A stretch of 64,000 nt of DNA from a virus. The notes beneath the pieces are model-generated. The model saw only the letters and a list, made by a program, of their open reading frames with translations. It was not told where the DNA came from and did no database searches. The stretch lies in IMG/VR virus record IMGVR_UViG_3300047551_003251, one strand, 5' to 3'. A program made the translations under genes and the position numbers. The number at the start of each line of letters is the position of its first letter. Positions within the stretch are counted from its first letter, which is position 1. Below, in pieces: positions 26,571 to 36,372 of the stretch.

Positions 26571-28453
26571 GGTCTATCCATAAACCTAGAATCGGATTCC
26601 CAGCCGTAATCGCGGCTACCTGCGGCTTGCTCTACCGCAGTACTAATCTTGGCAACTTTGGCCGCTTCAGCAAAATTAGGCCAAGCATTCCGCGCATGCC
26701 AAAGCGCTGCGGCACCGATGTTAACAGCTTGTGCAAAATCGTCCGTAAGCATTGGATTGCGTGTGATTACGTAAATATCGCCGGCTGCTCTTGATGTAGT
26801 TTTTTCTTCAATCAACGCTAAGAAGTCTCGCAATAAACCACTGTGACTGCGGTCATCAATATCTTGCTGGTAGAATCGAAGTAGTCCAGCTTTGATTGCC
26901 TGCATGGTGTACAGCAGCGAACGTGTTTTGTCCAACCGATAGTGGTCCCGGTTATGCATTGGCGTTGCAGGTACAAACTTGATTAAATTTGAGGCCGCAG
27001 CACGTACATACTCAATAGCCATAATGCGTGTCAGATCAAAACCAGCTTGCACCATTACAGTTTCGCGCACCACGCCGGCGCCGGTATAATCATGCGCTAC
27101 GAGGTCGCACTTAAACTTTTTAAGCCAATACAAGCATTCTTTGGCTTCTTTCATGTGATCCTGTGATGTGACTAGTCGTTTACCCCAAAGTACTTCAATC
27201 TTGTTGTTGTTTGTAATACCCAGCAGCGCAAGCACAGTAAACGATACACCGTCAGCGCCACCGCCACCCCAGTCGATCGCTAATACCTTTAACGGCAATT
27301 CCTTTAACCGCTTAAACACAGCAGGCGCGGGATCGTCAGGTTTGTTTTTCCACTCTAAATTAGCAGCGGCACGTAACTCCGTTTCAGTTATGAGTTTCTG
27401 TCCAGAGTCGACCGCCTCGCCCATAATTTCGTTGTAAAAGATATGCGGCGGTTCATTTTGCTGCGTGCGTAAAATTTCAGCCCACTTGTCATAACGCGCG
27501 TAATGCAACGGCAATATGATTTGCGGTAGATGATAACCAGCAAAGTCGTAACGCAGTTCTGGGTGTCTGTGCCACCAGTGCCCATACCGCGGATTAATAG
27601 GCAGACGGCACTTGTAACACACAACACCAGGACGCTGCTCGCTAATGTCGTCGCGCAGCGGTCCGACCATGCCATCCAAGTGATATTCAATTGCAGGGAT
27701 ATTATCAAAGCCGCAAGCCGTACAAGGTATTACCCACTCGGCGCGCGAAGAGCGATGCCATAAGCCTTCAATTGGATTATCTAATGTTTTAGGCGTACCC
27801 GTGTAAGAACGTAACTCGTACTTACTGTGGGACATCGCAGCATCAATAATCGGCAGATGGTCAGGATCCATGTCCTGCACCTCGTCATAGCGGTTGTAGT
27901 CTGAAGACACACCGCGCGTTCTGGATGCGTCCAGCAACGCAAACGAAAATAACATTACCGATCCATTGCGAAAGGAACGTTGCAAAACGGACTGCTCGCA
28001 GCGGGTATCCACTAACAATGATCTGATAGGAGAAGTAGCAACAAACGGCCTTACATAGTTGTTTGAAAAACGTCGAATCTGTTCGTACAGCGGCGTAATA
28101 AAGAACGTACGAAAGTAAGGCACAACGTTAGATAGTAAAATACCGTGCGAAGATATGGACGTGGATTTGGATACCTGGCGTCCCGTACGGAATAGTGTTC
28201 TTTTTGACATCGTTGTTTTAAACAACGGCGACATTGGAAAGTGTTCTTTAAGGGTGTAAGACTGTCCGTTCAACGTAAACATCAGCGGGAGCAGTGGTTC
28301 TAGTGTTGGAATCCTCCCGGCGGCTATCCAATCGTTAATGCGTCGAATGCGCTCTACCGCATTTGAATCAGACGCGTGCGGATTTTGAATCGCTTCGCTG
28401 ACTAACGTCGTAATTTGTTCGTTTTGCGGTTTTGTCGAAATGATTGTTGTCAT
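26567..28453 (-). CDS. terL: Terminase large subunit, GpA-like
   Basis: RTGRQVSKST (Walker A), YDEVQD (Walker B), YTGTP, CTAC/CYKC Zn, LAIDWGG nuclease, DDFAQA. Confidence 0.9.
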   Translation of the reverse strand: MTTIISTKPQNEQITTLVSEAIQNPHASDSNAVERIRRINDWIAAGRIPTLEPLLPLMFTLNGQSYTLKEHFPMSPLFKTTMSKRTLFRTGRQVSKSTSISSHGILLSNVVPYFRTFFITPLYEQIRRFSNNYVRPFVATSPIRSLLVDTRCEQSVLQRSFRNGSVMLFSFALLDASRTRGVSSDYNRYDEVQDMDPDHLPIIDAAMSHSKYELRSYTGTPKTLDNPIEGLWHRSSRAEWVIPCTACGFDNIPAIEYHLDGMVGPLRDDISEQRPGVVCYKCRLPINPRYGHWWHRHPELRYDFAGYHLPQIILPLHYARYDKWAEILRTQQNEPPHIFYNEIMGEAVDSGQKLITETELRAAANLEWKNKPDDPAPAVFKRLKELPLKVLAIDWGGGGADGVSFTVLALLGITNNNKIEVLWGKRLVTSQDHMKEAKECLYWLKKFKCDLVAHDYTGAGVVRETVMVQAGFDLTRIMAIEYVRAAASNLIKFVPATPMHNRDHYRLDKTRSLLYTMQAIKAGLLRFYQQDIDDRSHSGLLRDFLALIEEKTTSRAAGDIYVITRNPMLTDDFAQAVNIGAAALWHARNAWPNFAEAAKVAKISTAVEQAAGSRDYGWESDSRFMDRP

Positions 28454-28509
28454 TTTGTGCTAGAACGTGAAAATGGACAGATTAATCAGTTTACACTAGG
28501 AGTCGACAA

Positions 28510-28749
28510 ATGGCAGGAACGCCTCAACTTAGTTTTAGTGCAAAGTTGTACCAGGAAAGAAGGATTCCGGAAGATCGACCCACCCGCAGACGTCCCGGTC
28601 CTAAAATTCAACCGAGGATGAATGTGGTTCATGAATTACCGTTAGACCCTCCTGCGCCCAACCCGGATGTTGTGTATCAGGAAACACTCGGCATTACGCC
28701 GGCTGGTTTAACAACACCCTGGGTGTACGGTGCGAAGGAACAAGTATGA
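28510..28749 (+). CDS. Hypothetical protein
   Basis: SD TAGGAG. Confidence 0.6.
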   Translation: MAGTPQLSFSAKLYQERRIPEDRPTRRRPGPKIQPRMNVVHELPLDPPAPNPDVVYQETLGITPAGLTTPWVYGAKEQV

Positions 28750-28758
28750 AAGTAATAA

Positions 28759-28923
28759 ATGTTTACGCCAGAAGAAAAACGTAGTTTGTTCGGAAACAGT
28801 GCAATGTTGGCGCTTGGAAGCTCAGCCATCCTTGCCATTGTAGCCGATGTTTCTTCAGGAATATCGTGTCTCTTAGTCTGGGCAATCATACTGCCCACAT
28901 TCTACAAGTATATCGACAGGTGA
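28759..28923 (+). CDS. 54-aa two-TM small membrane protein missed by the ORF track
   Basis: ATG 28759 to TGA 28923: MFTPEEKRSLFGNSAMLALGSSAILAIVADVSSGISCLLVWAIILPTFYKYIDR; fills the gap exactly. Confidence 0.55.
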   Translation: MFTPEEKRSLFGNSAMLALGSSAILAIVADVSSGISCLLVWAIILPTFYKYIDR

Positions 28924-28927
28924 TTGA

Positions 28928-29380
28928 ATGTTGCTTGAATTTGTCTTGGCTGTACTGGCAGCCGGCGCTATCGCAGATTGCTTTCTGCACGGCGAAATTT
29001 TTGAAGTGTACCGTGGTTTACTAAATTCGCGATTCTTTGCACTCGACGACGTTGCAACCACGGAACCGACAAAAGAAGACAACACCGCGGATATGCAGCT
29101 GCCTAAATGGATTGAGTGGCTGGATCGTATCACGCCTGATTTTTTTGCACGGGCCTGGACGTGCTCGTACTGCATCCAGTTCCATGCAGTTGCCTTGACG
29201 CTTGCTGTAATAAGCTTATCGTGGCTTGCCGCCACGTTTACAGGTCAAGGTTGGGAGATTGCAAGTATTGCTTTAAAAGCACCTGTGTATTGGTTTGCCG
29301 GCGCCCGCCTGATGCAGATGCAAGATGCGATTATGCCGGAAGACTACAAATTTGCCAGAAAGGATGATTTTGATGTCTGA
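28928..29380 (+). CDS. Membrane protein, DUF1360-like
   Basis: N-terminal TM; WTCSYCIQFH followed by TM helices. Confidence 0.55.
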   Translation: MLLEFVLAVLAAGAIADCFLHGEIFEVYRGLLNSRFFALDDVATTEPTKEDNTADMQLPKWIEWLDRITPDFFARAWTCSYCIQFHAVALTLAVISLSWLAATFTGQGWEIASIALKAPVYWFAGARLMQMQDAIMPEDYKFARKDDFDV

Positions 29381-29717
29381 TTCAATCCACCCAAAAAGGT
29401 TAACTTTTCTAGAAGAAGTTCAAAAGCTTTGGCGAGAGTTCAGCTCTGAACTACTCGCAAATGTACCTGAACTTGAATGCGCGATGTTGGTTCTTACGTG
29501 GTCTAACCCAGATAGTAGTGTACCTGCCGGTATGGCTGCGACGCGCCACGGAGGTATTACAACTCCAGGTGAAGTAATTATGACCATGCGGCAACTCGGT
29601 GCAGTACATCAGCAGTTGTGCCAGGTACAAGCAAAACAACAAGCTGAACTTGAAAATGCCTGGATAGAAACCAGTAAGAAGTTAACTGAAAACCTGGAAA
29701 GGCTTAAAGAGGACTAA
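29373..29717 (+). CDS. Hypothetical protein
   Basis: Start moved to ATG 29373 after AAAGGA. Confidence 0.65.
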   Translation: MSDSIHPKRLTFLEEVQKLWREFSSELLANVPELECAMLVLTWSNPDSSVPAGMAATRHGGITTPGEVIMTMRQLGAVHQQLCQVQAKQQAELENAWIETSKKLTENLERLKED

Positions 29718-29740
29718 TTACAGCAGCACAGCGTAAAACT

Positions 29741-29776
29741 ACACCGCCCGGCAGCAAACGCTGCCGGGTTTTTTAT
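29741..29776 (+). terminator. Intrinsic terminator, copy 1 of an identical 36-bp repeat
   Basis: ACACCG-CCCGGCAGC-AAAC-GCTGCCGGG-TTTTTTAT. Confidence 0.85.
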
Positions 29777-29787
29777 TGGAGAACGTA

Positions 29788-30123
29788 ATGGCTAGAGATG
29801 ATGCTGACGTTAATATCGATATCCGCGCAAACGAAGAACCTGTACCACTTAAAGTTTTAGACGTTTCAACAATTCACATCCGTAAAGAAAGCTGTTGCTG
29901 GTTAAATAACGACAACAACCATGCGTACGTAAACGAATACGGCTGGATCGTTAACACGTCAAAAGTAGAAGACCTAGACGAAAACTTGGAGCGCTGGGGC
30001 GCACCGCCTATTCCTACTGAAATTCGCATTATTCTAGAGTGGGCTTACAAAAAAGACTTCAACTACGTGTTGTTTGATCAAGACGGTCCGTGTTATGAAA
30101 TTTTCGAACAATTTGAATGGTGA
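29788..30123 (+). CDS. DUF5983-like hypothetical protein
   Basis: SD GGAG; LDVSTIHI...YGW...P.EI..IL.WA...VLFDQDG. Confidence 0.55.
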   Translation: MARDDADVNIDIRANEEPVPLKVLDVSTIHIRKESCCWLNNDNNHAYVNEYGWIVNTSKVEDLDENLERWGAPPIPTEIRIILEWAYKKDFNYVLFDQDGPCYEIFEQFEW

Positions 30124-30130
30124 AAGCACT

Positions 30131-30382
30131 ATGACTAACGCATTGAAATGCCGCTGCTGCACGCAATGCGATTACCACTGCGATTACTGTGCGCATAAAA
30201 AAGCACAAGCAGTAGTTAGTCGCTGGAGTTGGAACTGCTCTCCGCGTGAATGCGCGGAAGAAGCAAAAAACCTGGAGTGGACAGTACGAGATATTCAACA
30301 ACAAATGAGCGATTTCGGATTTAACAAAACAGACATCGCGAAGGTTACGGACGAGTTCGAAAACATACAATTTGACTGCTAA
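30131..30382 (+). CDS. Small Cys-rich hypothetical protein
   Basis: ATG 30131; CRCCTQCDYHCDYC. Confidence 0.5.
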   Translation: MTNALKCRCCTQCDYHCDYCAHKKAQAVVSRWSWNCSPRECAEEAKNLEWTVRDIQQQMSDFGFNKTDIAKVTDEFENIQFDC

Positions 30383-30405
30383 TTTGCATTTACTTTTGAA
30401 CGCAC

Positions 30406-30441
30406 ACACCGCCCGGCAGCAAACGCTGCCGGGTTTTTTAT
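30406..30441 (+). terminator. Intrinsic terminator, copy 2 of an identical 36-bp repeat
   Basis: Identical to 29741-29776. Confidence 0.85.
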
Positions 30442-30455
30442 GCACTGGAGAACAC

Positions 30456-32108
30456 ATGAGCACAGTAACTCGCGATTTCAAAATGCATCCACAACTTTTG
30501 CGTGACGTTATCAAACGACAAGCCGGCTCTTTGGAGAAGGCAATTGTTGAAGGCGTGATGAACGCGATTGAAGCCGGCAGTGGTGAAGTTCGCGTCGTAA
30601 TTAAGGCCGACGAAGTGGAGATTATCGATACAGGTAAAGGCTTTGCCGCAATTGACGAAATTGAACGTTATTTTGAAGTTTTTGGCGCACCACATACCGA
30701 GGATGAAAACAAGATCTGGGCTAATTTTCGCATGGGCCGCGGACAGATGTTCAGCTTTGGCGTAAACAGATGGCGCACGGCCAACTATCTGTTGACTGTC
30801 GATATTGATAATAAAGGGCTTAACTACGACATCGAAGAGCTGCCGGAGTATTACAGCGGCTGTCATATCACAATTGAATTGTACAAGTCGCTGTACAGTT
30901 ACGATCTGTACAGCATTAAGGAAGCACTGAAGCTGCAGCTGAAATACTCTCCTGTGCCTGTATTTGTAAATGACGAATGCATTTCGTGCGATCCGGCGCA
31001 GCAAGAATGGACTGTAGAGACAGAAGATGCCTACATTGACATAGATTCGTCAAACGTACTGACGGTCTACAACATGGGTATTTATGTCCGCAACTTTTAC
31101 GCTGGTAGCAGTTTTGGCGTAGGCGGTACAGTCGTCAGCAAACAACAACTGCAAGTTAACTTTGCGCGCAATGACGTACAGTCTACCTGCGAAAGCTGGC
31201 AGCGCATCAGTGCTACGTTGAACAAAATTGCCGGCGATTCATTTACTGGCAATCGCGACTACAACGACGCTGAAGTTGAACGCATTGCTACGTTACTTAG
31301 GACTAACCAGTACATCAACCCTTCAGTGGCGGACGCCAAAATTATTAAGGCCGTCACCGGGCGTAAGTATTCGTTAAAGCAGATAGTTAAGAACGCGTAC
31401 AAGTACAAAAATATTACAGCAGCAGACGAAGGAAATCGAATTGGCGACGTACTACATCGCAGTGAGATTGCATTTGTAGTTGCTACCAGCACGTTACGGC
31501 TGTTTCGCGTCGACACAATCGACGGGTTGCTGGAGTGCTGGCAGCAAAACAGCAACTTCTACAAGTACACGGACAAGTTGCTGGATATGTGCGCGTCGTT
31601 TGAATCCTTAACCGCGGGCTATAACGACGATTACGACACGATTGCAACTGAAGATTGCAGTCGTACCGTACAAGCTTGGTTGGAAGTAGCACGCTGCCTT
31701 GTGTACCCCTTGAGCATCGATGCAGATGGGCGCTGGCAACGACCTCGCAAAGTTATTTGCGGCAAAAGCGCTGTAGCAGCAGCGTGGACTGACGGCGCAA
31801 CGTTTGTTGCTTACGACTACGAGTTTTTAACAGATTTGCCGTTATCGCTGCAAGGCGTGGTCAGACTCGCAATGGTAACGTTGCATGAGTTACAACATGA
31901 CGAGCCCGATACGGTAAGTCATGCGCATGACCAGACGTTTTACGAAAATTTTCATGACGCTGCCCAAACCGTTAAATTCGCCAAAGCACTTGCCGCGGCG
32001 TTTGCTAAATTTCCAAAAATCCTTAAAGGCTTTAATCTTGCAGCAGCTAAAGCTGAACAAATGGAAAACATGGCAATTGCGGGCAATTCGGTAGACTCGG
32101 AAGAATAA
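30456..32108 (+). CDS. GHKL (HATPase_c) ATPase fused to a C-terminal HExxH zincin-like domain
   Basis: Start moved to ATG 30456 after GGAG; EGVMNAIEA, IIDTGKGF, FRMGRG; AWTDG...TLHELQH....SHAH..F. Confidence 0.75.
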   Translation: MSTVTRDFKMHPQLLRDVIKRQAGSLEKAIVEGVMNAIEAGSGEVRVVIKADEVEIIDTGKGFAAIDEIERYFEVFGAPHTEDENKIWANFRMGRGQMFSFGVNRWRTANYLLTVDIDNKGLNYDIEELPEYYSGCHITIELYKSLYSYDLYSIKEALKLQLKYSPVPVFVNDECISCDPAQQEWTVETEDAYIDIDSSNVLTVYNMGIYVRNFYAGSSFGVGGTVVSKQQLQVNFARNDVQSTCESWQRISATLNKIAGDSFTGNRDYNDAEVERIATLLRTNQYINPSVADAKIIKAVTGRKYSLKQIVKNAYKYKNITAADEGNRIGDVLHRSEIAFVVATSTLRLFRVDTIDGLLECWQQNSNFYKYTDKLLDMCASFESLTAGYNDDYDTIATEDCSRTVQAWLEVARCLVYPLSIDADGRWQRPRKVICGKSAVAAAWTDGATFVAYDYEFLTDLPLSLQGVVRLAMVTLHELQHDEPDTVSHAHDQTFYENFHDAAQTVKFAKALAAAFAKFPKILKGFNLAAAKAEQMENMAIAGNSVDSEE

Positions 32109-32129
32109 TCGTCAAATCAAATTAAGTGC

Positions 32130-32440
32130 TTGACCAGCTAAACTGGACATTTGGTTTGTGAGACACAAGTCGCCAGTCTGTTTAGGTTAAATCGTCAACT
32201 TCCTCGAACAATTTAACCTTTCAGACTGGCGCTTTCTTCTTCTGTTAAACAAAACGCGCAGCGTTTTGCCTTGGAAACGCTTGCGTTTCCTAGCCAGCCT
32301 TAGCTGGACCAGTGCTCTGACTGGTTACTGGTGTAGCCAAAGAAGCCGCGCAGTATTCGCGGCCGTTGGCGCTACAATAGTAATTAGCGTAAAGTGAACA
32401 TTTAAAAAACGAAAAGTGTAATTAACACGGAAAAGTTAAC
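32130..32440. other. Intergenic chain of inverted repeats followed by an AT-rich tract (origin-like or structured RNA)
   Basis: CGCCAGTCTG..AGGTTAAAT/ATTTAACCT..CAGACTGGCG, AAAACGC/GCGTTTT, GGAAACGC/GCGTTTCC, CCAGC/GCTGG, ACCAGT/ACTGGT, GCCGCG/CGCGGC. Confidence 0.5.
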
Positions 32441-32484
32441 ATTAATTAACCCCGGCTGTAACATTACGAGAGGCGAGGTTAAAC

Positions 32485-33429
32485 TTGGCAGACGATTTCT
32501 TTTTTAACTTTGGACCGACGCGAGGTTTAAGCTTACAGCAGTTTACAGAGTTACGTTCAACGTTACTTCCGTTACGTTTGTGCCTGGCGAGACGTCGTTC
32601 TGGACCTGCGCTGGATCGTAGGCGCGTTCTATTACAACGGTTATTGCCGAAGGTACGACGTTTACAGGTTAAAGCTGGTAAAGCTTGGTTTAAACAAGTT
32701 AAGGCGCTTCACAGCCGCTGGCGTAGGCGGCAGGAGCAGTTTTACCTAGAACACAGACCGCCGACGCGTATAGCGCTTCCTGTGCGCTGTAGGGGTTGTA
32801 AGCCTGCGTTCTTCCCAACCAGTGGTAAACGATACTATTGTCGGCTTTCAGTTTGTCCGTATTGTCACGCGCGTTCGGTTTACGCATGGTTTAAACGGCT
32901 GGCTTACGTACTTAATCAGCATGAATTTGCTGGTACGCTTGTTTTTAGGAAGGTTAAATACGCGCAGCCATTGCTCGATAAGGAGGGTAATTTGGAGGCT
33001 GCTGTTAATTTAGCTAAAAGAGACGCTAAGTATTTTTGGCGTAAATCAAACGCGGATGCGGCGTTAACGTTTATTCAGTTGTTACCGGGGCGTTCTAAAC
33101 ACGACGCCACCGTGGTAGTGCACCAGTTGTTATATTACGTCACTGCTGTAACACTGGACGAAAACGTCGTGACAGTGCTTCAAGACATTAAATTAAACAC
33201 ACTACAGCGTTTAGTTTGCCGCGTATTACGATACCCACCGGCATGGTTCTACCGAAGTCCGCGGTACACCTTGCGTGTGTTTACTGTGCTGCGAGACCGT
33301 AATTTAATCACAGGAAATGGCCTGTTTTACAGAAATAACAAAGAGGAGATCGATGGCTTCGACCTTAGAACAATTAAACCAATTTTCAAAAAAGCCGACC
33401 GGCGCAAATTGGGCGACACCGAAAGCTAA
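32485..33429 (+). CDS. Basic Zn-finger protein, distantly Rep-like
   Basis: TTG start after GAGG; CRGC...CRLSVCPYC; Arg-rich N-terminus. Confidence 0.5.
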   Translation: MADDFFFNFGPTRGLSLQQFTELRSTLLPLRLCLARRRSGPALDRRRVLLQRLLPKVRRLQVKAGKAWFKQVKALHSRWRRRQEQFYLEHRPPTRIALPVRCRGCKPAFFPTSGKRYYCRLSVCPYCHARSVYAWFKRLAYVLNQHEFAGTLVFRKVKYAQPLLDKEGNLEAAVNLAKRDAKYFWRKSNADAALTFIQLLPGRSKHDATVVVHQLLYYVTAVTLDENVVTVLQDIKLNTLQRLVCRVLRYPPAWFYRSPRYTLRVFTVLRDRNLITGNGLFYRNNKEEIDGFDLRTIKPIFKKADRRKLGDTES

Positions 33430-34786
33430 AGTAAAGTTGCTGCTTGATTACATTTGGTGTCGTTCATTAACGCCAGGTTTGCAATTAAACACGTTTTTGC
33501 AGCGGTTTGAGCCGCTGGCTGATTACTCCCAGGAAAACTTAAAGCATCCGGCGGACGCGGTTGAAATGAGGCTGCCGAGCTCTAAAGCGCAGGCTGATGC
33601 GCGCAATACCCGTAAGTTTACGTCGAGCGAAATTCTGGATTTGTTGTCTATTTACGTCGATATGTTGGATTTAGCCGGAGCAGAGGGTACAGAATTGGAT
33701 CTTCTGCTGGTTGATTTCTTAAACGTAACTACACAGGCGTATTTAGACGGTGCGATTAAACCTGCAGCTGTTTCGGCTGCACCCGAAATTGATACGACTG
33801 CACCCGAAGAAACGGCGGATGTAACGCCTCAGATTTCGGCTCAAGCCGAAAATGATTCGGGTGGAGCCGAAGTGGCAAAAGCTGGGCGCGGTACTTTACG
33901 TGGTAAAATACGAGCTGTAATTCAATCCTTTCCATTAGCAGAGCTTCAAACCATTGCGCCTAAAGACGTAATGAAAAAACTAGAAGCTGAAGGTATTGAG
34001 ATTACAGCTGCGGTTCGAACATCTACTAGCGTTCTGTTAAAAGAGGCAAAAGCTGCGGGCGTAATTGTTCCAGCGGCGCCACTTGTACAGCTGCATGAAG
34101 AGGCTGCAGTCCCTGCTGATGCTCCTGTAGCGGCTCCGCCGCCGGAGCCGTCAGACGTTGAAAAACCTAAAAAGAAAACGCGTAGTAAAGCGACGGCAAA
34201 AGCGTCGCTGGATACCACGCAGTACAAAGTAGGTACTCGAATCGTTTGGACGCCACCTTCTGTAATGAATGCGCCACCCATGCGCGGCGTGATCAAAGCC
34301 ACAGATGGCGAAACCGCTTGTGATATCATGTTAGACGATGGGCAGCTAATTTTTAATGTGCCGATGATCAGTCTGCACGTTAAGTCAGTAGAGCAGGATC
34401 CGTTGCCGGACGTTCCATTTGATTACGACCGCAATCCAATTACTGACATCAAGCTGCTGACTTATCCGATGACTTCGGAAATGATTAGCGATATTGAAAA
34501 TAAGATGAATCCGGTACACGACGATCAGTTACCGGGGACGCTTAAAATTCAACCGCCAGGCACGATCCTTTTTGAAATGTCGCTGCGCGTAGAAAACACT
34601 TCATATTACGTGCAGGTACAGGTCGTGACTGCTGTGCCGCAGACCGTGGTTATCGCCAAGTTAGTTGATGTCGAGCAAAACCGTATTGTCCATGTGCTTC
34701 CGCCGCGTCGTACGATTGTTGGAAACTATACGTTTGTAGATCAGGCTGCGGCCAAGGTTGTTAAGTTGGATATCCCTAAAGGCTAG
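33353..34786 (+). CDS. Multidomain hypothetical protein (55-aa module shared with RecA; SH3/KOW-like domain)
   Basis: SD GAGGAG, ATG 33353; RGTLRGKIRAVIQSFP...TSVLLKEAK; YKVGTRIVW...RGVIK...CDIMLDDG. Confidence 0.7.
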   Translation: MASTLEQLNQFSKKPTGANWATPKAKVKLLLDYIWCRSLTPGLQLNTFLQRFEPLADYSQENLKHPADAVEMRLPSSKAQADARNTRKFTSSEILDLLSIYVDMLDLAGAEGTELDLLLVDFLNVTTQAYLDGAIKPAAVSAAPEIDTTAPEETADVTPQISAQAENDSGGAEVAKAGRGTLRGKIRAVIQSFPLAELQTIAPKDVMKKLEAEGIEITAAVRTSTSVLLKEAKAAGVIVPAAPLVQLHEEAAVPADAPVAAPPPEPSDVEKPKKKTRSKATAKASLDTTQYKVGTRIVWTPPSVMNAPPMRGVIKATDGETACDIMLDDGQLIFNVPMISLHVKSVEQDPLPDVPFDYDRNPITDIKLLTYPMTSEMISDIENKMNPVHDDQLPGTLKIQPPGTILFEMSLRVENTSYYVQVQVVTAVPQTVVIAKLVDVEQNRIVHVLPPRRTIVGNYTFVDQAAAKVVKLDIPKG

Positions 34787-34788
34787 TT

Positions 34789-36285
34789 ATGATTCATGTA
34801 ATCGGCGACTTGTTAATTGATTACACTATCCACGGCGCGGCAACGCGCATTTCTCCTGAAGCGCCTACGCCGGTTGTGCTTGTAAGCGGCGAGCAGCAAA
34901 CGCTTGGTGGTGCTGGTAACGTTTACAAGAATTGTCGTTCTTTAAATCAGAACGCAGTTTTGTATGCGGCTGTTGGGCACAGTAAGGTAGATAACGAGCC
35001 GACCACGTCTAAGTGGTGGCAGACTGTTCCAGCCCTGACGTGGCTGAACAAACAGTTTGGTGAGTTTTCGGATAGTGGTATTCAATTATTTCAAGACAAC
35101 GATTACGTAACTCCGCTTAAGACTAGAATTGTTGTTGAAGGACAACAGCTTCTACGTGTTGATCGGGAAAACTCTGACATACCTGTATCAGACGAGACCG
35201 CAAATCAATTACTGCAGGCGCTGGCAGATAAAATGCAGTGCTGCAGTGTTGTGGTTATTTCTGATTATGGAAAAGGGCTTTTCAATAAAGAACGAGCGCG
35301 CACGGTTATAGAGTTAGCTAATAAGTATTCGGTGCCGATACTTGTTGACGCCAAGCCAGCTCAGCTTAAAAACTGGGCTGGCGCTACACTCTGTACTCCA
35401 AATATTGATGAGGCAATTGCTTACGGCCGCGAAGCAGGTGTATTGTCGTCAAATAAACGGTACGCCGCTAAAGACGAAAAAATTGAAGCAGCAATGCTTG
35501 GCGCTTTTGCAATGGTTGATAACTTGCGGCTGCGTTATGTCGTGCTGACTATGGGTGATGCAGGCGCAGCGCTTATCAAACCTCTTGTTGAACAAAACCA
35601 ACTTCCACTTGTTTACCCGGCTAAAGCACAACGTGTTTATGATGTCACCGGTGCCGGTGACTCTTTCATGGCTGCTCTAGCTGTCGGTATTCAAAACAAA
35701 TGGAATTATGAAACCGCGGTGGAGCGGGCAGTTTATGCCGGTTCTTTAGCGGTGCAGCAGCACGGTGTTGTATGTGTCACAGAAGTTGACTGGGATAACG
35801 CCTGGCGTAGTGGCGCAGGGTTTGAAGGTAAACTTGTACCGCCCGATGAGCTGATGCGTTTTGTGTCTATTCAACGGGCCGCCGGTAAAAAAATTGCACT
35901 GGCTAACGGTTGCTTTGATGTGTTGCACGCGGGGCATATTCACATGCTAAAAACGGCAGCTGCAGAACTTAATTCAGTACTGCTGGTAGCCGTGGATTCT
36001 GACGAGAACGTATCACGACTTAAAGGTCCGGGTCGTCCGATGACGCCTGAACTGCTGCGGCAGACGCAGGTTGCTACGCTTCCATTTGTGGATCGTGTAA
36101 CTGTGTTTAACGGCAGCGTGCTGGATTTAATTAAGAAGGTCAATCCTGACTATTTGGTTAAGGGCGGTGATTACGCTGACAAAGAAGTTGTTGGCGCTGA
36201 CTACATGGAGAGTATTCAAGGCAAGGTGGTTATTACGTCTTCTGTGCCGGGGCTAAGCACCACTAGATGGGCGAGTAACGACTAA
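34789..36285 (+). CDS. hldE: Bifunctional D-glycero-beta-D-manno-heptose-7-phosphate kinase / heptose-1-phosphate adenylyltransferase
   Basis: VIGDLLIDY..G...RISPEAPTPV, GGAGNV, SDYGKG, DVTGAGD; NGCFDVLHAGH, KGGDY, STT. Confidence 0.92.
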   Translation: MIHVIGDLLIDYTIHGAATRISPEAPTPVVLVSGEQQTLGGAGNVYKNCRSLNQNAVLYAAVGHSKVDNEPTTSKWWQTVPALTWLNKQFGEFSDSGIQLFQDNDYVTPLKTRIVVEGQQLLRVDRENSDIPVSDETANQLLQALADKMQCCSVVVISDYGKGLFNKERARTVIELANKYSVPILVDAKPAQLKNWAGATLCTPNIDEAIAYGREAGVLSSNKRYAAKDEKIEAAMLGAFAMVDNLRLRYVVLTMGDAGAALIKPLVEQNQLPLVYPAKAQRVYDVTGAGDSFMAALAVGIQNKWNYETAVERAVYAGSLAVQQHGVVCVTEVDWDNAWRSGAGFEGKLVPPDELMRFVSIQRAAGKKIALANGCFDVLHAGHIHMLKTAAAELNSVLLVAVDSDENVSRLKGPGRPMTPELLRQTQVATLPFVDRVTVFNGSVLDLIKKVNPDYLVKGGDYADKEVVGADYMESIQGKVVITSSVPGLSTTRWASND

Positions 36286-36292
36286 CAGTTAC

Positions 36293-36321
36293 TTGACACT
36301 GTCAATACCTAAATCTATATT
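36293..36321 (+). promoter_or_regulatory. Sigma70-type promoter overlapped by a 13-bp palindrome
   Basis: TTGACA-17 nt-TATATT; TTGACA-C-TGTCAA at 36293-36305. Confidence 0.75.
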
Positions 36322-36372
36322 TGGTGTACGCCTCGGGCATAGGATCGCCAAATTATCTAGCCCGAAATCTTT

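Noticed and set aside
32300-32342. TIGR-like unit (TAGCCA-8 nt-TGGACCA-10 nt-TG...TAGCCA)
   Set aside because: Only one unit, the spacers are self-complementary, there is no 36-nt periodicity, and it lies ~8 kb from the Nop-like gene.
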